Assembly: GCA_965217585.1 (NCBI GenBank) | Contig: OZ244561.1 | Location: 5,792,001 to 5,856,000 of the forward strand | Reading direction: 5' to 3' | Source of the DNA: Candidatus Latescibacterota bacterium | Lineage (GTDB): Bacteria; Latescibacterota; UBA2968; UBA8231 | DNA: 64,000 nt | Notes under the pieces: generated by a model | Database searches by the model: none | What the model was told of the DNA's origin: nothing | What the model saw: only the letters and a program-made list of their open reading frames with translations | In this document: piece by piece, positions 19,588 to 29,049 of the stretch | Layout: the number at the start of each line of letters is the position of its first letter | Position numbering within the stretch: the stretch's first letter is position 1 | Program-made: the position numbers and the translations under genes

Positions 19588-20133
19588 ATGACTGATAAAA
19601 CCTTGATTATTGTCGAAGGAAAAGAGGATGAAAATTTCCTGAAGTCCTATATTAAAAAATTGGGCTATTCCGACGAAAATTTTGATTTCCGACCCATATA
19701 CGGAAGGGATAAGCTGCAAGGAGGTGTTAGAATCGAAATTGAACGTGCCTTGAAAAGACACTCAAAGGTTTTAATTATCTTTGACGCCGACTCGGATTGT
19801 GAAAGCACCAAAACCGATATTGAGCATACTCTCGAACGATTGGAAGGATTTAAGATATTTCTTTTTCCAGATGATAATAGTAATGGAGCCGTGGAAAATT
19901 TGCTAGAAAGAATAATAAGGTCGGAACACGAAAGAATTTTTGCGTGCTTTGAGGAATACAGACAGTGCATAAGCAAGTGCATGAGCGAATATGAGCCGCC
20001 TAGTATGAAAGCAAAGATATATGCTTATAAGCAAGTGCTTGGCATTCTTGAAGATCCTTTCGATTCTCATTACTGGGATTTTGAAAATACCGCCTTGGAG
20101 CCGCTGAAAAGTTTTCTGAAGCAGAACTTGTAG
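19588..20133 (+). CDS. TOPRIM-like DUF3226 family protein
   Basis: IIVEGKEDENF, LIIFDAD, FLFPDDNSNGAVENLL; typical partner of AAA_21 ATPases. Confidence 0.75.
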   Translation: MTDKTLIIVEGKEDENFLKSYIKKLGYSDENFDFRPIYGRDKLQGGVRIEIERALKRHSKVLIIFDADSDCESTKTDIEHTLERLEGFKIFLFPDDNSNGAVENLLERIIRSEHERIFACFEEYRQCISKCMSEYEPPSMKAKIYAYKQVLGILEDPFDSHYWDFENTALEPLKSFLKQNL

Positions 20134-20250
20134 AACGATTTCTCTGCGCCTTCAGCCCGCTAAAACCAGACATCTGCCCTCCTAACGAATCTGTCATACG
20201 TCAGGCGAATTCGCCCCGCTTAACGTCCACCCAAATAGGAGCCATAAAAC

Positions 20251-21006
20251 ATGACCGAAGTAGAGCAATATCTGTTTGATCTACAGGGCTATCTGATCGT
20301 CGAGGACGTGTTGGAGGCGGAAGCTGTCGCCGAGCTGAATCGGTTGATCAACCTCCAGTCTATGGGCGAGGATATAGAGCAGGCGCGGGGGCGGCTGCAC
20401 AGCGGCGGGTTTTTGACGTGGGGCCAGCCCTTTGTCGATTTGCTCGACCACGAGCGCATTATGCCGCTGCTCAAGGTGATCCTCGGCGACGGTTTCCGGC
20501 TCGATCACTACTATGCGATTTACCTGGAGGCCGGTGCCGAGCGGCTCGGGTTGCACGGGGGCAACACGCCCTACGACCCACCGGAGTACTATCACTTCCG
20601 CAATGGACGGATGTACAACGGGCTGACGGTCGTCGCCTGGAACTTGGCCGACACGGGGCCGGCGCAGGGTGGTTTTTGCTGCATTCCGGGCAGCCACAAG
20701 GTCAATTATCCCTGTCCACAGGAAATCCGCGAGGCCCATATCGAGGCTGGGTGCGTAGTGGTGCCACAGGCGAAGGCCGGGTCGGTGGTGATTTTTACCG
20801 AGGCGCTCACGCACGGTACCGCACCGTGGCAGGCCGCGCACCAGCGGCGCTCGCTGCTGTTCAAATACAGCCCAGGGCAGCAGTCGTGGTCCAAAAGCCA
20901 CATTGAACCGCCGGACGGCGTCGCCTTGACCGAGCGGCAGGCGCTGCTTTTTGAGCCGCCGTATTTCCACGCGCGGGCCTCGCTTTTTGCAGAGGTGCAA
21001 TCATAA
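20251..21006 (+). CDS. PhyH-family dioxygenase (HGG subtype)
   Basis: YLFDLQGYL, LHGG, GGFCCIPGSHK, AGSVVIFTEALTHGT, RRSLLFKY. Confidence 0.88.
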   Translation: MTEVEQYLFDLQGYLIVEDVLEAEAVAELNRLINLQSMGEDIEQARGRLHSGGFLTWGQPFVDLLDHERIMPLLKVILGDGFRLDHYYAIYLEAGAERLGLHGGNTPYDPPEYYHFRNGRMYNGLTVVAWNLADTGPAQGGFCCIPGSHKVNYPCPQEIREAHIEAGCVVVPQAKAGSVVIFTEALTHGTAPWQAAHQRRSLLFKYSPGQQSWSKSHIEPPDGVALTERQALLFEPPYFHARASLFAEVQS

Positions 21007-21041
21007 CCCGGAGCGCGCTCGACCGACTGGAGATTTGAGAT

Positions 21042-21791
21042 ATGGAAGCGCTGTTTCGTCCCTTTGTGTTTGGGGCCAACGAACGAGCCATCCTCGACCT
21101 CGACGGGCACATCGCGCTGCCGGGCGTCCTGACTGACGCGGCTTGTGCCCAGTTGACCGCGGCGCTGGCGCGCATCCAGTCGCTGCCGCACGGCGACGAG
21201 GACTATCGCCCCCCGCGCTTTGCCGCTGAATTCGACGCTTATTTGGAGAGCCTGATCGGGCATCCGCAACTGCTGGACTTGATGCGCCGAGTGCTGGGGC
21301 CAGAGATTCGCTACGATCACTGCGTGGCATTGAATCGCGAAGGGGGCAATCAGGGGAGCAAGTGGCACAGCCACGAGTACGCCGACGACGATCCGACGCT
21401 GGGTTTTGTGCGGGTGTTTTTTTATGTCAATGGCTTTGCAGCCGACGACGGCGGGTTGAAGGTGGTGCCGGGGAGCCATAGGTATCGAGACCCGGACATT
21501 AGCGCGGAATCGGATGCCGAGTTGGCGCAGGGGTGGATGGCGGGGAAGATGAATGCGATTAGCTTTCAACCGCTCACAATCGAGGAGCTTGCGGTGCCGA
21601 GAGGGACGGTGGTGTTGATGTGGACGCATGCGGCGCATGGAGTCAATCCGCGCAAGGAAGACAGCGACACGCGGTGGTGCGTGGTGTATGCGTATCGCAA
21701 TCCAGGGCGGGAGTCGCGCGCGCGGTGGATTAGTCCGAGCTTTGAACAGAAGCAGATCAAAGGCGCAGAAGGATTGATGAGTTTGTACTAG
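21042..21791 (+). CDS. PhyH-family dioxygenase
   Basis: WHSHEY, GGLKVVPGSH, GTVVLMWTHAAHGV. Confidence 0.82.
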   Translation: MEALFRPFVFGANERAILDLDGHIALPGVLTDAACAQLTAALARIQSLPHGDEDYRPPRFAAEFDAYLESLIGHPQLLDLMRRVLGPEIRYDHCVALNREGGNQGSKWHSHEYADDDPTLGFVRVFFYVNGFAADDGGLKVVPGSHRYRDPDISAESDAELAQGWMAGKMNAISFQPLTIEELAVPRGTVVLMWTHAAHGVNPRKEDSDTRWCVVYAYRNPGRESRARWISPSFEQKQIKGAEGLMSLY

Positions 21792-21804
21792 AAAGGAAAG
21801 AAAG

Positions 21805-22920
21805 ATGAAAATCGCGGAGATTCGGACGTTTTTGGTGGGCAGGTTTTTGTTGGTGCGGGTCTATACCGATGAGGGGATCGTCGGCAATGGGGAGGCTGGG
21901 CTGTGGGCGCATCACGGGGTGGTAAAAGAGGCGCTTGGGGAGTTGAGTGATTACTACGTGGGCAAGGACCCGCTCCGCATTGAGCATCATTATCAGGTGG
22001 TGTCGCGGTCGGCGCACTTCATGGGCGCGGCGATGAGTGCGGCGATGAGCGCGATAGATATCGCGCTGTGGGATATATTCGGCAAGGCGGTGGGTTTGCC
22101 CGTGTACCAGTTGCTGGGCGGCAAGTGCCGCGACAAGGTAAAGGTGTACGAGAACGTCGGCGGACAGACGCCTGCGGAAGTGCGGGAGAGTGCGCAGGCG
22201 CGAGTGGAGCAGGGGTTTACGTCGTTTCGGATGGGGCCGTTTATCAGCGGGTTTGAGCAGCGCACCAGCACGGCCAACATCTCGACGGCTGTGGAACTGG
22301 TGGCCGCGGCGCGGGAGGCGCTTGGGGACGAGATGGATTTGGGGTTGGAGATCCACCGGAATTTGCGGCCGGAGGAGGCGATCGCACTGGCCACGGAATT
22401 GACGCCCTTTAAGATACTGTACTACGAGGACCCGCTGCCCCCACAGAGCTTCGAGGCTCTCGAGTACATCGCCCGGCACATCAACATCCCAATCGCCACT
22501 GGCGAGCGGTGCTACAATCCCTTCCAGTTTAAGGATTTGATCGACCGCCAGATCGTCAGCCTGATTCGGCCAGACGTATCCTTGGCGGGCGGATTCACGC
22601 AGGTAAAGAAGATTGCCGCGCTGGCGGAGATGGCTTTCGTCGGGGTTTTTCCCCATCTAATGGGCAGCCCCATCAACAACGCGGCGTTCGCGCAGCTAGC
22701 CGCGGCCATTCCCAACTACACGCACACTGAGCACAACGCTCTCAACGGACCAATGACCGAGATCGTCGATGAGCAGCTACGGGTCGAGGGAGGCTATCGG
22801 ATACTGACAGATCGACCGGGGATTGGGGTTGAAATAGTCGAGGACGCGCTGGCGAAGTACCCGTACGAGCGCTGGGCGATCAAGGGCAATTTCCACGCCG
22901 ACGGCTCAGTGGCGCACTAA
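21805..22920 (+). CDS. Mandelate racemase/enolase superfamily dehydratase (DgoD-like)
   Basis: SAIDIALWDIFGK..LPVYQLLGG, YEDP, IATGER, RPDV. Confidence 0.9.
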   Translation: MKIAEIRTFLVGRFLLVRVYTDEGIVGNGEAGLWAHHGVVKEALGELSDYYVGKDPLRIEHHYQVVSRSAHFMGAAMSAAMSAIDIALWDIFGKAVGLPVYQLLGGKCRDKVKVYENVGGQTPAEVRESAQARVEQGFTSFRMGPFISGFEQRTSTANISTAVELVAAAREALGDEMDLGLEIHRNLRPEEAIALATELTPFKILYYEDPLPPQSFEALEYIARHINIPIATGERCYNPFQFKDLIDRQIVSLIRPDVSLAGGFTQVKKIAALAEMAFVGVFPHLMGSPINNAAFAQLAAAIPNYTHTEHNALNGPMTEIVDEQLRVEGGYRILTDRPGIGVEIVEDALAKYPYERWAIKGNFHADGSVAH

Positions 22921-22943
22921 TCACTACGACGCGGGAGAACGCG

Positions 22944-23855
22944 ATGATCGACCATGCCTTGCGCGACCAGCTAAGGGACGTCCACGCCTATGCGCTGACC
23001 ATTTATCAGCGCGACGATCTCTATGCACTCGACTTGGACGGGTTTGCGCGCAATATAGCGTGGGCTGCCGACAGGGGGGTGCGGATTTTTGTAGTGGCCG
23101 GCGGCACCGGTGAAAATGACGCGTTGGCCCCTCCCGAGCGCGTAGTGTTGGCCGAGTGTGCCCTAGCGACGGTGGGGGAGCGGGCGCTGGTGGTGCCGAC
23201 CTTGCCCGGCAACTTGGGCGAGGCCGCGGATCTAGCACCGCGCTACGAGGCGTTGGGATTGCGCGTGGCGCTGGCGATGGCACCCTACACGCGCCACCAA
23301 GTGCCCGAAGATCCCGCAGGCGTGTATCAATACTACGAGGCGCTGGGGATGCGGTCGGGGCTGGCACTGATGCCCTACAATACGCAGGGCTGGTCGGCCG
23401 AACTTTTCGAGCGGTTGGCCGCGGTGCCGCAGATCACCGCGATCAAGGACCCCTGCATTGAGCCGCACCACCTCTTCCGCGCCATCAAGCGGCTCGGCGA
23501 CCGCTTCGTCTGGATCGGCAATAAGCGCCACGATCCGGGCGTGTTGCACTTCCGCTTCCAGGCCGGAATCGAGGGATTTACTGCTGGTTTTGTCAACTTC
23601 GCTCCGCAGCTAGAGCTGGCGCTTTTTGCCGCCGCACAACGGCAGGATTGGCCGCAGATGATCGAGTTGCAGGAGCAGTTGGCCCCCTTGGAGCGGTTGC
23701 GCTCGCGCTTTGACGACGCCGGCATGCTCAAGACGACGATGGAACTGATGGGGCTAGCTGGCGGTGCGGTGCGTCCGCCTCGTATCAATGTGCCGCCGGC
23801 AGGGCGCGAGGCCATCAAACAGGAGTTGCAGCGCTTGGGGATTTTGGGCACGTAG
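22944..23855 (+). CDS. Dihydrodipicolinate synthase family aldolase/dehydratase
   Basis: AGGTGE, LMPYN, AIKD Schiff-base lysine, VRPP. Confidence 0.85.
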   Translation: MIDHALRDQLRDVHAYALTIYQRDDLYALDLDGFARNIAWAADRGVRIFVVAGGTGENDALAPPERVVLAECALATVGERALVVPTLPGNLGEAADLAPRYEALGLRVALAMAPYTRHQVPEDPAGVYQYYEALGMRSGLALMPYNTQGWSAELFERLAAVPQITAIKDPCIEPHHLFRAIKRLGDRFVWIGNKRHDPGVLHFRFQAGIEGFTAGFVNFAPQLELALFAAAQRQDWPQMIELQEQLAPLERLRSRFDDAGMLKTTMELMGLAGGAVRPPRINVPPAGREAIKQELQRLGILGT

Positions 23856-23904
23856 GTAATGCAGTGCCGCGGATATAGCAAGCCTAAATCATTCACAAGA
23901 GAAT

Positions 23905-23931
23905 CCGCAGATGGACGCAGATGGACGCAGA
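23905..23931. repeat. Short 10-bp tandem repeat (GCAGATGGAC)
   Basis: CCGCAGATGGACGCAGATGGACGCAGA, intergenic. Confidence 0.7.
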
Positions 23932-24013
23932 ATAGTATGTGCAAGACGATCCACATATCGAATCGTTCAAGTCATTCAGGACTGCTATATGAGCGGCCAT
24001 TCGCTAGGTTCTG

Positions 24014-25864
24014 ATGTACAATCCCGCCGTGCGAAAGCAAATGTTGCCCTTGCTTCCCATCACCTTGTTGGGAGTGGCCGTCGATCTATGGCTGCGGCCA
24101 ACGCTCGACTTGCGCTTGACGCAGTGGGCGTGGTGGGGGCTGTCGGTGGCGTTCTCGCTGGTGCTGTGGCAGGGCCTTTTCGCGCTCAGCAGCCGGTTGC
24201 GCCCGCGCTGGCAAGCTGCGTTCGTCATCGTCGTCGGCTTGGTAGCCTCCGTGCTGGCCCTGGTATGGATTGGCTTCCACGAGATATTCTACTGCTGGCC
24301 GACGGCCTACGCGCTCGTGCATTCGGCTGGCCATCCACGCGAGGCTTGGGGGTATATCTACAATGAGGCCGATTGGGGAGACGCGGTCGTCTGGGTGGCC
24401 TTTGTGGCCGTTATCGTGGGCTGGTGGCGCTACAAGCTGCGCTCGGGCCGCCAGCCAGCGCATGGCAGAGTTTTGGCGGCGCTGTGCTTGGCTGGGGTGG
24501 TGGCTTTTGGCGCGGTGCATCGCCACGCGAGCATCATGGTGCCGGATGCGGCGGCTGCAAAGCTGGTTGTTGACCTTGCCGTCCATTCGTTCATCGGCGG
24601 GGTACACGGGCGTTTGTTGCAAGCGAGCCGCCCGGCGTCGGCTGCCATTTACAGCGGCACGCCTGTGGATGCGAGCGCGCCCAACCTCATCGTGGTGATC
24701 GGGGAAAGCGTCGCGCTCAGCCGCACCGGCCTCTACGGGTACGAGCGGCAAACCACGCCCCGGCTGGCGGCGTTGCGAGAGGTGCGACCAGCGGATTGGG
24801 TACAGATGGAGAAAGCCGTGTCCAATGCCACGGCGACCAAGGTGGCGCTGCCGGCCATGCTGACCGGGCTTTTCCCGTCGCGCCCGCCCGTGGAGCAGCA
24901 CACCTCCCCGCTGCTGTGGCACTACGCCCACGCCGCTGGTTACCAGACGGCGCTGATCTCGGCGCAGAGCTATGCTTGGAACAATCTCGAAGGCTTTTTT
25001 GTCGATGACGCGTTGGACCACGTGTTTACGCTCGAGCGCTCGGACGCCGAGATCGTCAACTCCGAAGGCATGGACGACCACCGGATGATGGCGGAGACCC
25101 TTGCAACCATCGACCGCTTTGCCGCACGCGGCCCGTTTGTGGTGGCTCTGCAATTCAACTGCACGCATTATCCGGGCTACGCGCCGCCGGATTGGCAGCC
25201 GTGGCCGGACGCGAGCTACGATAATGCGGTGGCCTATATGGACCACCTGCTCGGACGGCTGTTCGACCACCTCGCCGCACAGGGCCTAGCGGAGAATACG
25301 ATTGTGCTCTTTGCGGCCGACCACGGCGAAGACCTCGACGGCGTCCACAAACTCCACCGCACGGATTCGTATTACCAGACTGCAATTGCCGTCCCATTTT
25401 TTGCCGTTGTGCCCGAACGGCACCGGCAGCGGCTGGGCGCGGGTTGGAGGCAATGGCGCGAGAATGCGCAGGTGCGCGTCGCGCTGACGGACTTGGTGCC
25501 GACCGCGTTGGACCTGCTCGGGCTGTCTGCCGATTCCTTGGTCGGCGCGTGGCAGGAGCGACTGGACGGCCGCTCGCTCCTGCGTCCGCTAGATCCTGAG
25601 CGCCTGCTCGTGGTGGTCAACACGGACGAGCACGTGCAGTGGTCGCGCAAAGGCTACGCGGTCGTGGCCGACGATTGGAAGTACATCAACTATAGCTGGC
25701 GCGGCTCCATGCTGTTCGACTTGGCGACCGACGCGCTGGAACAGCGCGATTTGCTAGCAGGGGGTGAATCCGCACTGAGCCGAGCTGGGCAGCGGCATTT
25801 GCGCCGCGTGCGCTCCTTGGTCGCCAAGACGCCCGTGCTGGCCGATATCCACGTGGAGTATTGA
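24014..25864 (+). CDS. Membrane-anchored sulfatase-fold protein (phosphoethanolamine transferase/LTA synthase-like)
   Basis: About 5 N-terminal TM helices, VVIGES, LYGYERQTTPRL, putative catalytic Thr in ATATKVALP, YDNAV, ADHGE. Confidence 0.8.
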   Translation: MYNPAVRKQMLPLLPITLLGVAVDLWLRPTLDLRLTQWAWWGLSVAFSLVLWQGLFALSSRLRPRWQAAFVIVVGLVASVLALVWIGFHEIFYCWPTAYALVHSAGHPREAWGYIYNEADWGDAVVWVAFVAVIVGWWRYKLRSGRQPAHGRVLAALCLAGVVAFGAVHRHASIMVPDAAAAKLVVDLAVHSFIGGVHGRLLQASRPASAAIYSGTPVDASAPNLIVVIGESVALSRTGLYGYERQTTPRLAALREVRPADWVQMEKAVSNATATKVALPAMLTGLFPSRPPVEQHTSPLLWHYAHAAGYQTALISAQSYAWNNLEGFFVDDALDHVFTLERSDAEIVNSEGMDDHRMMAETLATIDRFAARGPFVVALQFNCTHYPGYAPPDWQPWPDASYDNAVAYMDHLLGRLFDHLAAQGLAENTIVLFAADHGEDLDGVHKLHRTDSYYQTAIAVPFFAVVPERHRQRLGAGWRQWRENAQVRVALTDLVPTALDLLGLSADSLVGAWQERLDGRSLLRPLDPERLLVVVNTDEHVQWSRKGYAVVADDWKYINYSWRGSMLFDLATDALEQRDLLAGGESALSRAGQRHLRRVRSLVAKTPVLADIHVEY

Positions 25865-25867
25865 AGT

Positions 25868-27994
25868 TTGCAGCGATCCATTCCCTCCACCTTTGCCACC
25901 TCCCCTAAATCTCGCCTGGGGGCCGTGATCGGCGTGACTTGGCGCGGCTTTTGGACGGGTATCTTTCTCAGCTTCTTCCTCGCCATTGGTGCGCCATACG
26001 CCAACATGGCCATGCACTCGACCTTTATGGCGTGGGATTTTAATACTCCAGGCGCGATCTTTCTGTTCCTCGTGCTCATCGGCCTGCTCAACGTCCTTTT
26101 CAAGGTGGTAGCGCGGAACGGGGTCTGGGCGCTGGGCGCGGCCGTGGTAGCGCTGGGCCTCTATCTGGCGTATTACCTGCCCCAGCCGCAGATCGACCTG
26201 TTCAAGCCGGGCCTGTGGTTTGCCTCCTTTTTGGTGGCCTCGGTGCTGCTCAACGCGGTCTTGGTCTGGCACGGCGGATCGCTGGCCCTCGACCGCGCCG
26301 ACTTGGTCTTGGTGTACATCATGCTCTTGATGGTCTCGGCCCTGTGCACGATGGGCATGAGCCAGCAGTTGCTGCCCATTCTCGCGTCCTTTGCGTATTA
26401 CGGCACGCCGCAAAACCAGTGGCAGGAAAAGCTCGGCCCGCTCTTGCCCGAGCACGCGATTTTGGTTGACGACGGCGAGGACAACCGCGCTTTCTTCGAG
26501 GGTGGGGAAATCCCTTATGGGGCTTGGGTCGAGCCGCTGTTGTGGTGGGCAGTATTTCTCATCGCGCTCTACGCGACGATGGTCGCCGCGGCCGTGATTT
26601 TGCGGCGGCAGTGGATGGACCGCGAGCGGCTGGCGTACCCGGTGGCGCAGGTGGGGGCAGCCATGGTGCAGGGCGAGGGCCGGGGTCTGGTCAATCGCTT
26701 TTTTAAGAGCCGGGCCATGTGGTATGGCTGCGCCATCCCAGTGCTGTGGGGGTCGCTTGAGGCCCTGCACCAGTACGAGCCGTCGATGCCCAATGTAAAC
26801 TTGCAATGGAGCATGCCCTACTTCGGCCAGCGCTTGCAACTGCGGATCATCTTCGCGATGGTGGGCTTTTCCTATTTGATCAACACGAGTATCTCGGCCG
26901 GTCTGTGGATCTTCCAGCTCTTGGTCCGGGCCGAGTCCGAGGGCCTGCTGCTGCTGGGCCTGACGTCCAAGCAGAAGTTCATCTATGGCATTGCCTCCCA
27001 GCCCTATCTGGCCTATCAGGGCGGCGGCGCGTTGCTGGCGCTGGTGTTGGCTGGCCTATGGATGGGCCGCGAGCACCTGAAGCGGGTGTTTCGCAAGGCG
27101 TTGTGGGGCGCGCGCGACATAGACGACGGCGACGAGATCGTCTCGTATCGCGGTGCGGTCTGCGCCTTGCTGGCTGGTGTGGCGACGATGGTGGGGTGGT
27201 TGTGGCTGATGGGGGTGCAATTATGGGTGGCGGCGGTGTTTATAGGATTGGCGCTGTTGATCTTTATCGGGATTAGTCGGATCGTGGCCGAGGCTGGGTT
27301 GGCGGCCGTGCGCTCGCCGATGATCGCGCCGGACCTGATGATACACGGCTTAGGCGTCAACGCGATTGGCACCAGCGGGGTGTTCAATTTGTCGCTGGCC
27401 TATATCTGGTGTGCTGACATCCGCATCTTTGTGATGGCGCTGTTGGCCAACGGGCTGAAGCTGGTCGAGGACATGACGCGCTCGAGCCGGCGGGTGGTGA
27501 TGTGGGGGGTGTGCTTGGCGATCTTGATTGGCGCGGCTGGCTCGTGCTGGATGGTGCTGCACATGGCGCACCGGCACGGGGGAATCAATTTGGTGGGGTG
27601 GTTTTTTAAGGGTGGGCCGTCCACCGTGTACAACTTTGCAGTGCGCGGGCTGGAGCCGGCGGGCGTGGCTTGGGACGGACTCGCTTTTTGCGCTGGCGGC
27701 GGCGTGGTCATGCTCTTGCTGATGTGGGCGCGGCATCACGTGCTTTGGTGGCCCTTGCATCCGCTGGGCTTTGCCGTGGCAGCCAATCACCTGATGGACA
27801 AGATATGGTTCAGCATCTTCATTGCTTGGGCGATCAAGCGGATCGTGCTGCGCTTTGGCGGACCGGCGATTTACGCGGCGAGTGTGCGCTTTTTCTTGGG
27901 ACTGATTATGGGTGAGAGCCTGTGCAACGGCCTGTGGATTGTCATCGACTACTTTACCGGCAAGACCGGCAATAGGGTCTTTATCATTGGTTGA
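25868..27994 (+). CDS. Polytopic membrane protein (DUF6785/DUF6784-like putative transporter); start uncertain
   Basis: ILRRQWMDRERLAYP, RIVAEAG, WWPLHPLGF, FFLGLIMG; many TM segments. Confidence 0.75.
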   Translation: MQRSIPSTFATSPKSRLGAVIGVTWRGFWTGIFLSFFLAIGAPYANMAMHSTFMAWDFNTPGAIFLFLVLIGLLNVLFKVVARNGVWALGAAVVALGLYLAYYLPQPQIDLFKPGLWFASFLVASVLLNAVLVWHGGSLALDRADLVLVYIMLLMVSALCTMGMSQQLLPILASFAYYGTPQNQWQEKLGPLLPEHAILVDDGEDNRAFFEGGEIPYGAWVEPLLWWAVFLIALYATMVAAAVILRRQWMDRERLAYPVAQVGAAMVQGEGRGLVNRFFKSRAMWYGCAIPVLWGSLEALHQYEPSMPNVNLQWSMPYFGQRLQLRIIFAMVGFSYLINTSISAGLWIFQLLVRAESEGLLLLGLTSKQKFIYGIASQPYLAYQGGGALLALVLAGLWMGREHLKRVFRKALWGARDIDDGDEIVSYRGAVCALLAGVATMVGWLWLMGVQLWVAAVFIGLALLIFIGISRIVAEAGLAAVRSPMIAPDLMIHGLGVNAIGTSGVFNLSLAYIWCADIRIFVMALLANGLKLVEDMTRSSRRVVMWGVCLAILIGAAGSCWMVLHMAHRHGGINLVGWFFKGGPSTVYNFAVRGLEPAGVAWDGLAFCAGGGVVMLLLMWARHHVLWWPLHPLGFAVAANHLMDKIWFSIFIAWAIKRIVLRFGGPAIYAASVRFFLGLIMGESLCNGLWIVIDYFTGKTGNRVFIIG

Positions 27995-28090
27995 AATCAG
28001 CTCGGAGAGCCACTCAAGCGGAGCAGCAAAATTATGAAGAAGGAATATGACTTCAGTAAGGGGAAACGGGGGCCGGTCGTAGCCCAGAGG
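27994..28090 (+). pseudogene. BrnT/BrnA toxin-antitoxin junction relic
   Basis: SARRATQAEQQNYEEGI* (BrnT-like C-terminus) overlapping MKKEYDFSKGKRGPV (BrnA-like N-terminus). Confidence 0.7.
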
Positions 28091-28099
28091 AGAGATACT

Positions 28100-28825
28100 G
28101 TGATTGACCAAGCGCTTATTTTGGCCGCCGGGCACGGTTCGCGTTTGCGCGACCACGTTCCGGTAACGCACAAGGCCCTAGTGCAAATGGAAGGTGAGCC
28201 GCTATTGGTGCGCACCTGCCGGATGCTGGAGCAAAGCGGCCTGCGGGAGATCGTCGTGGTCACTGGGCATTGTGGAGCGGATGTGTGTGCAGCTCTGAAC
28301 GGAGTGAGTGGTCTGGGGGTCGGGCTGCGATTTGTCGAGAATCCGCAATGGAAGCTATCCAATGGGATTTCGGTGTTGGCGGCGACCGAGGTGCTCGCCG
28401 AGGAGTACCTATTGATGATGGCCGATCATCTCTTCGACCCGGAGATGATCACCGCGATGCGCGGCGTCAGCCTGAGTCCCGGCGAGGTGGTGTTGGCGGT
28501 GGATCGCAAACTGGACTCGATTTACGACATGGACGACGCGACTAAGGTGCGGCTAGAAGGCGAGCGTATCGCGGCGATTGGCAAGGAGCTAACGGATTTC
28601 AACGCTGTCGATACCGGCCTGTTCGCTTGCAGCGACGCGGTGGTGGCGCGTCTGGGCGAGGTGGAAGCACGCCGGGGCGATTGCAGCTTGACCGATGGGA
28701 TGCGAATGCTGATCGAGCGGGGCCGGTTGCGCGCTTTGGATATTGGCGCGGCTTGGTGGCAGGATGTGGATACGCCTGGGGCGTTGGCGCACGGGATACA
28801 GCTACTGCGGGAGCACGGGCGTTAG
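28100..28825 (+). CDS. NTP transferase (phosphocholine/inositol-phosphate cytidylyltransferase-like)
   Basis: ALILAAGHGSRL, LMMADH, DDATKV, AVDTG, WQDVDTP; GTG start behind GAGGAG. Confidence 0.85.
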   Translation: MIDQALILAAGHGSRLRDHVPVTHKALVQMEGEPLLVRTCRMLEQSGLREIVVVTGHCGADVCAALNGVSGLGVGLRFVENPQWKLSNGISVLAATEVLAEEYLLMMADHLFDPEMITAMRGVSLSPGEVVLAVDRKLDSIYDMDDATKVRLEGERIAAIGKELTDFNAVDTGLFACSDAVVARLGEVEARRGDCSLTDGMRMLIERGRLRALDIGAAWWQDVDTPGALAHGIQLLREHGR

Positions 28826-29049
28826 GGCAGCTCTTCCTTGCTTTGTTTGCGTTTGTTTTTGCGGCGGTATAGCACGTAAAAGGGGTACGAGGCGACGAGG
28901 GCGGCGGCGATGACGACGGCGGCGACCCAGCCGAACATGCTGCCGATTGCGCCGATGATGATGATGGGGCCGATGTAGGCGTGGGCGGCGCTGCTGCACA
29001 GGAGCAGGAGGGCGCAAACGAGGCTAATTTTTGAGAAATGACAGGGCAT
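28822..29049 (-). CDS. Small membrane protein
   Basis: Signal-like segment ending AHA-YIGP, TM helix, basic tail; overlaps the ASST stop. Confidence 0.65.
   Translation of the reverse strand: MPCHFSKISLVCALLLLCSSAAHAYIGPIIIIGAIGSMFGWVAAVVIAAALVASYPFYVLYRRKNKRKQSKEELP

Noticed and set aside
20281-26839. Long antisense ORFs (20281..21000, 20706..21638, 21757..22656, 24086..25270, 25754..26839)
   Set aside because: GC-rich shadow frames opposite well-supported genes
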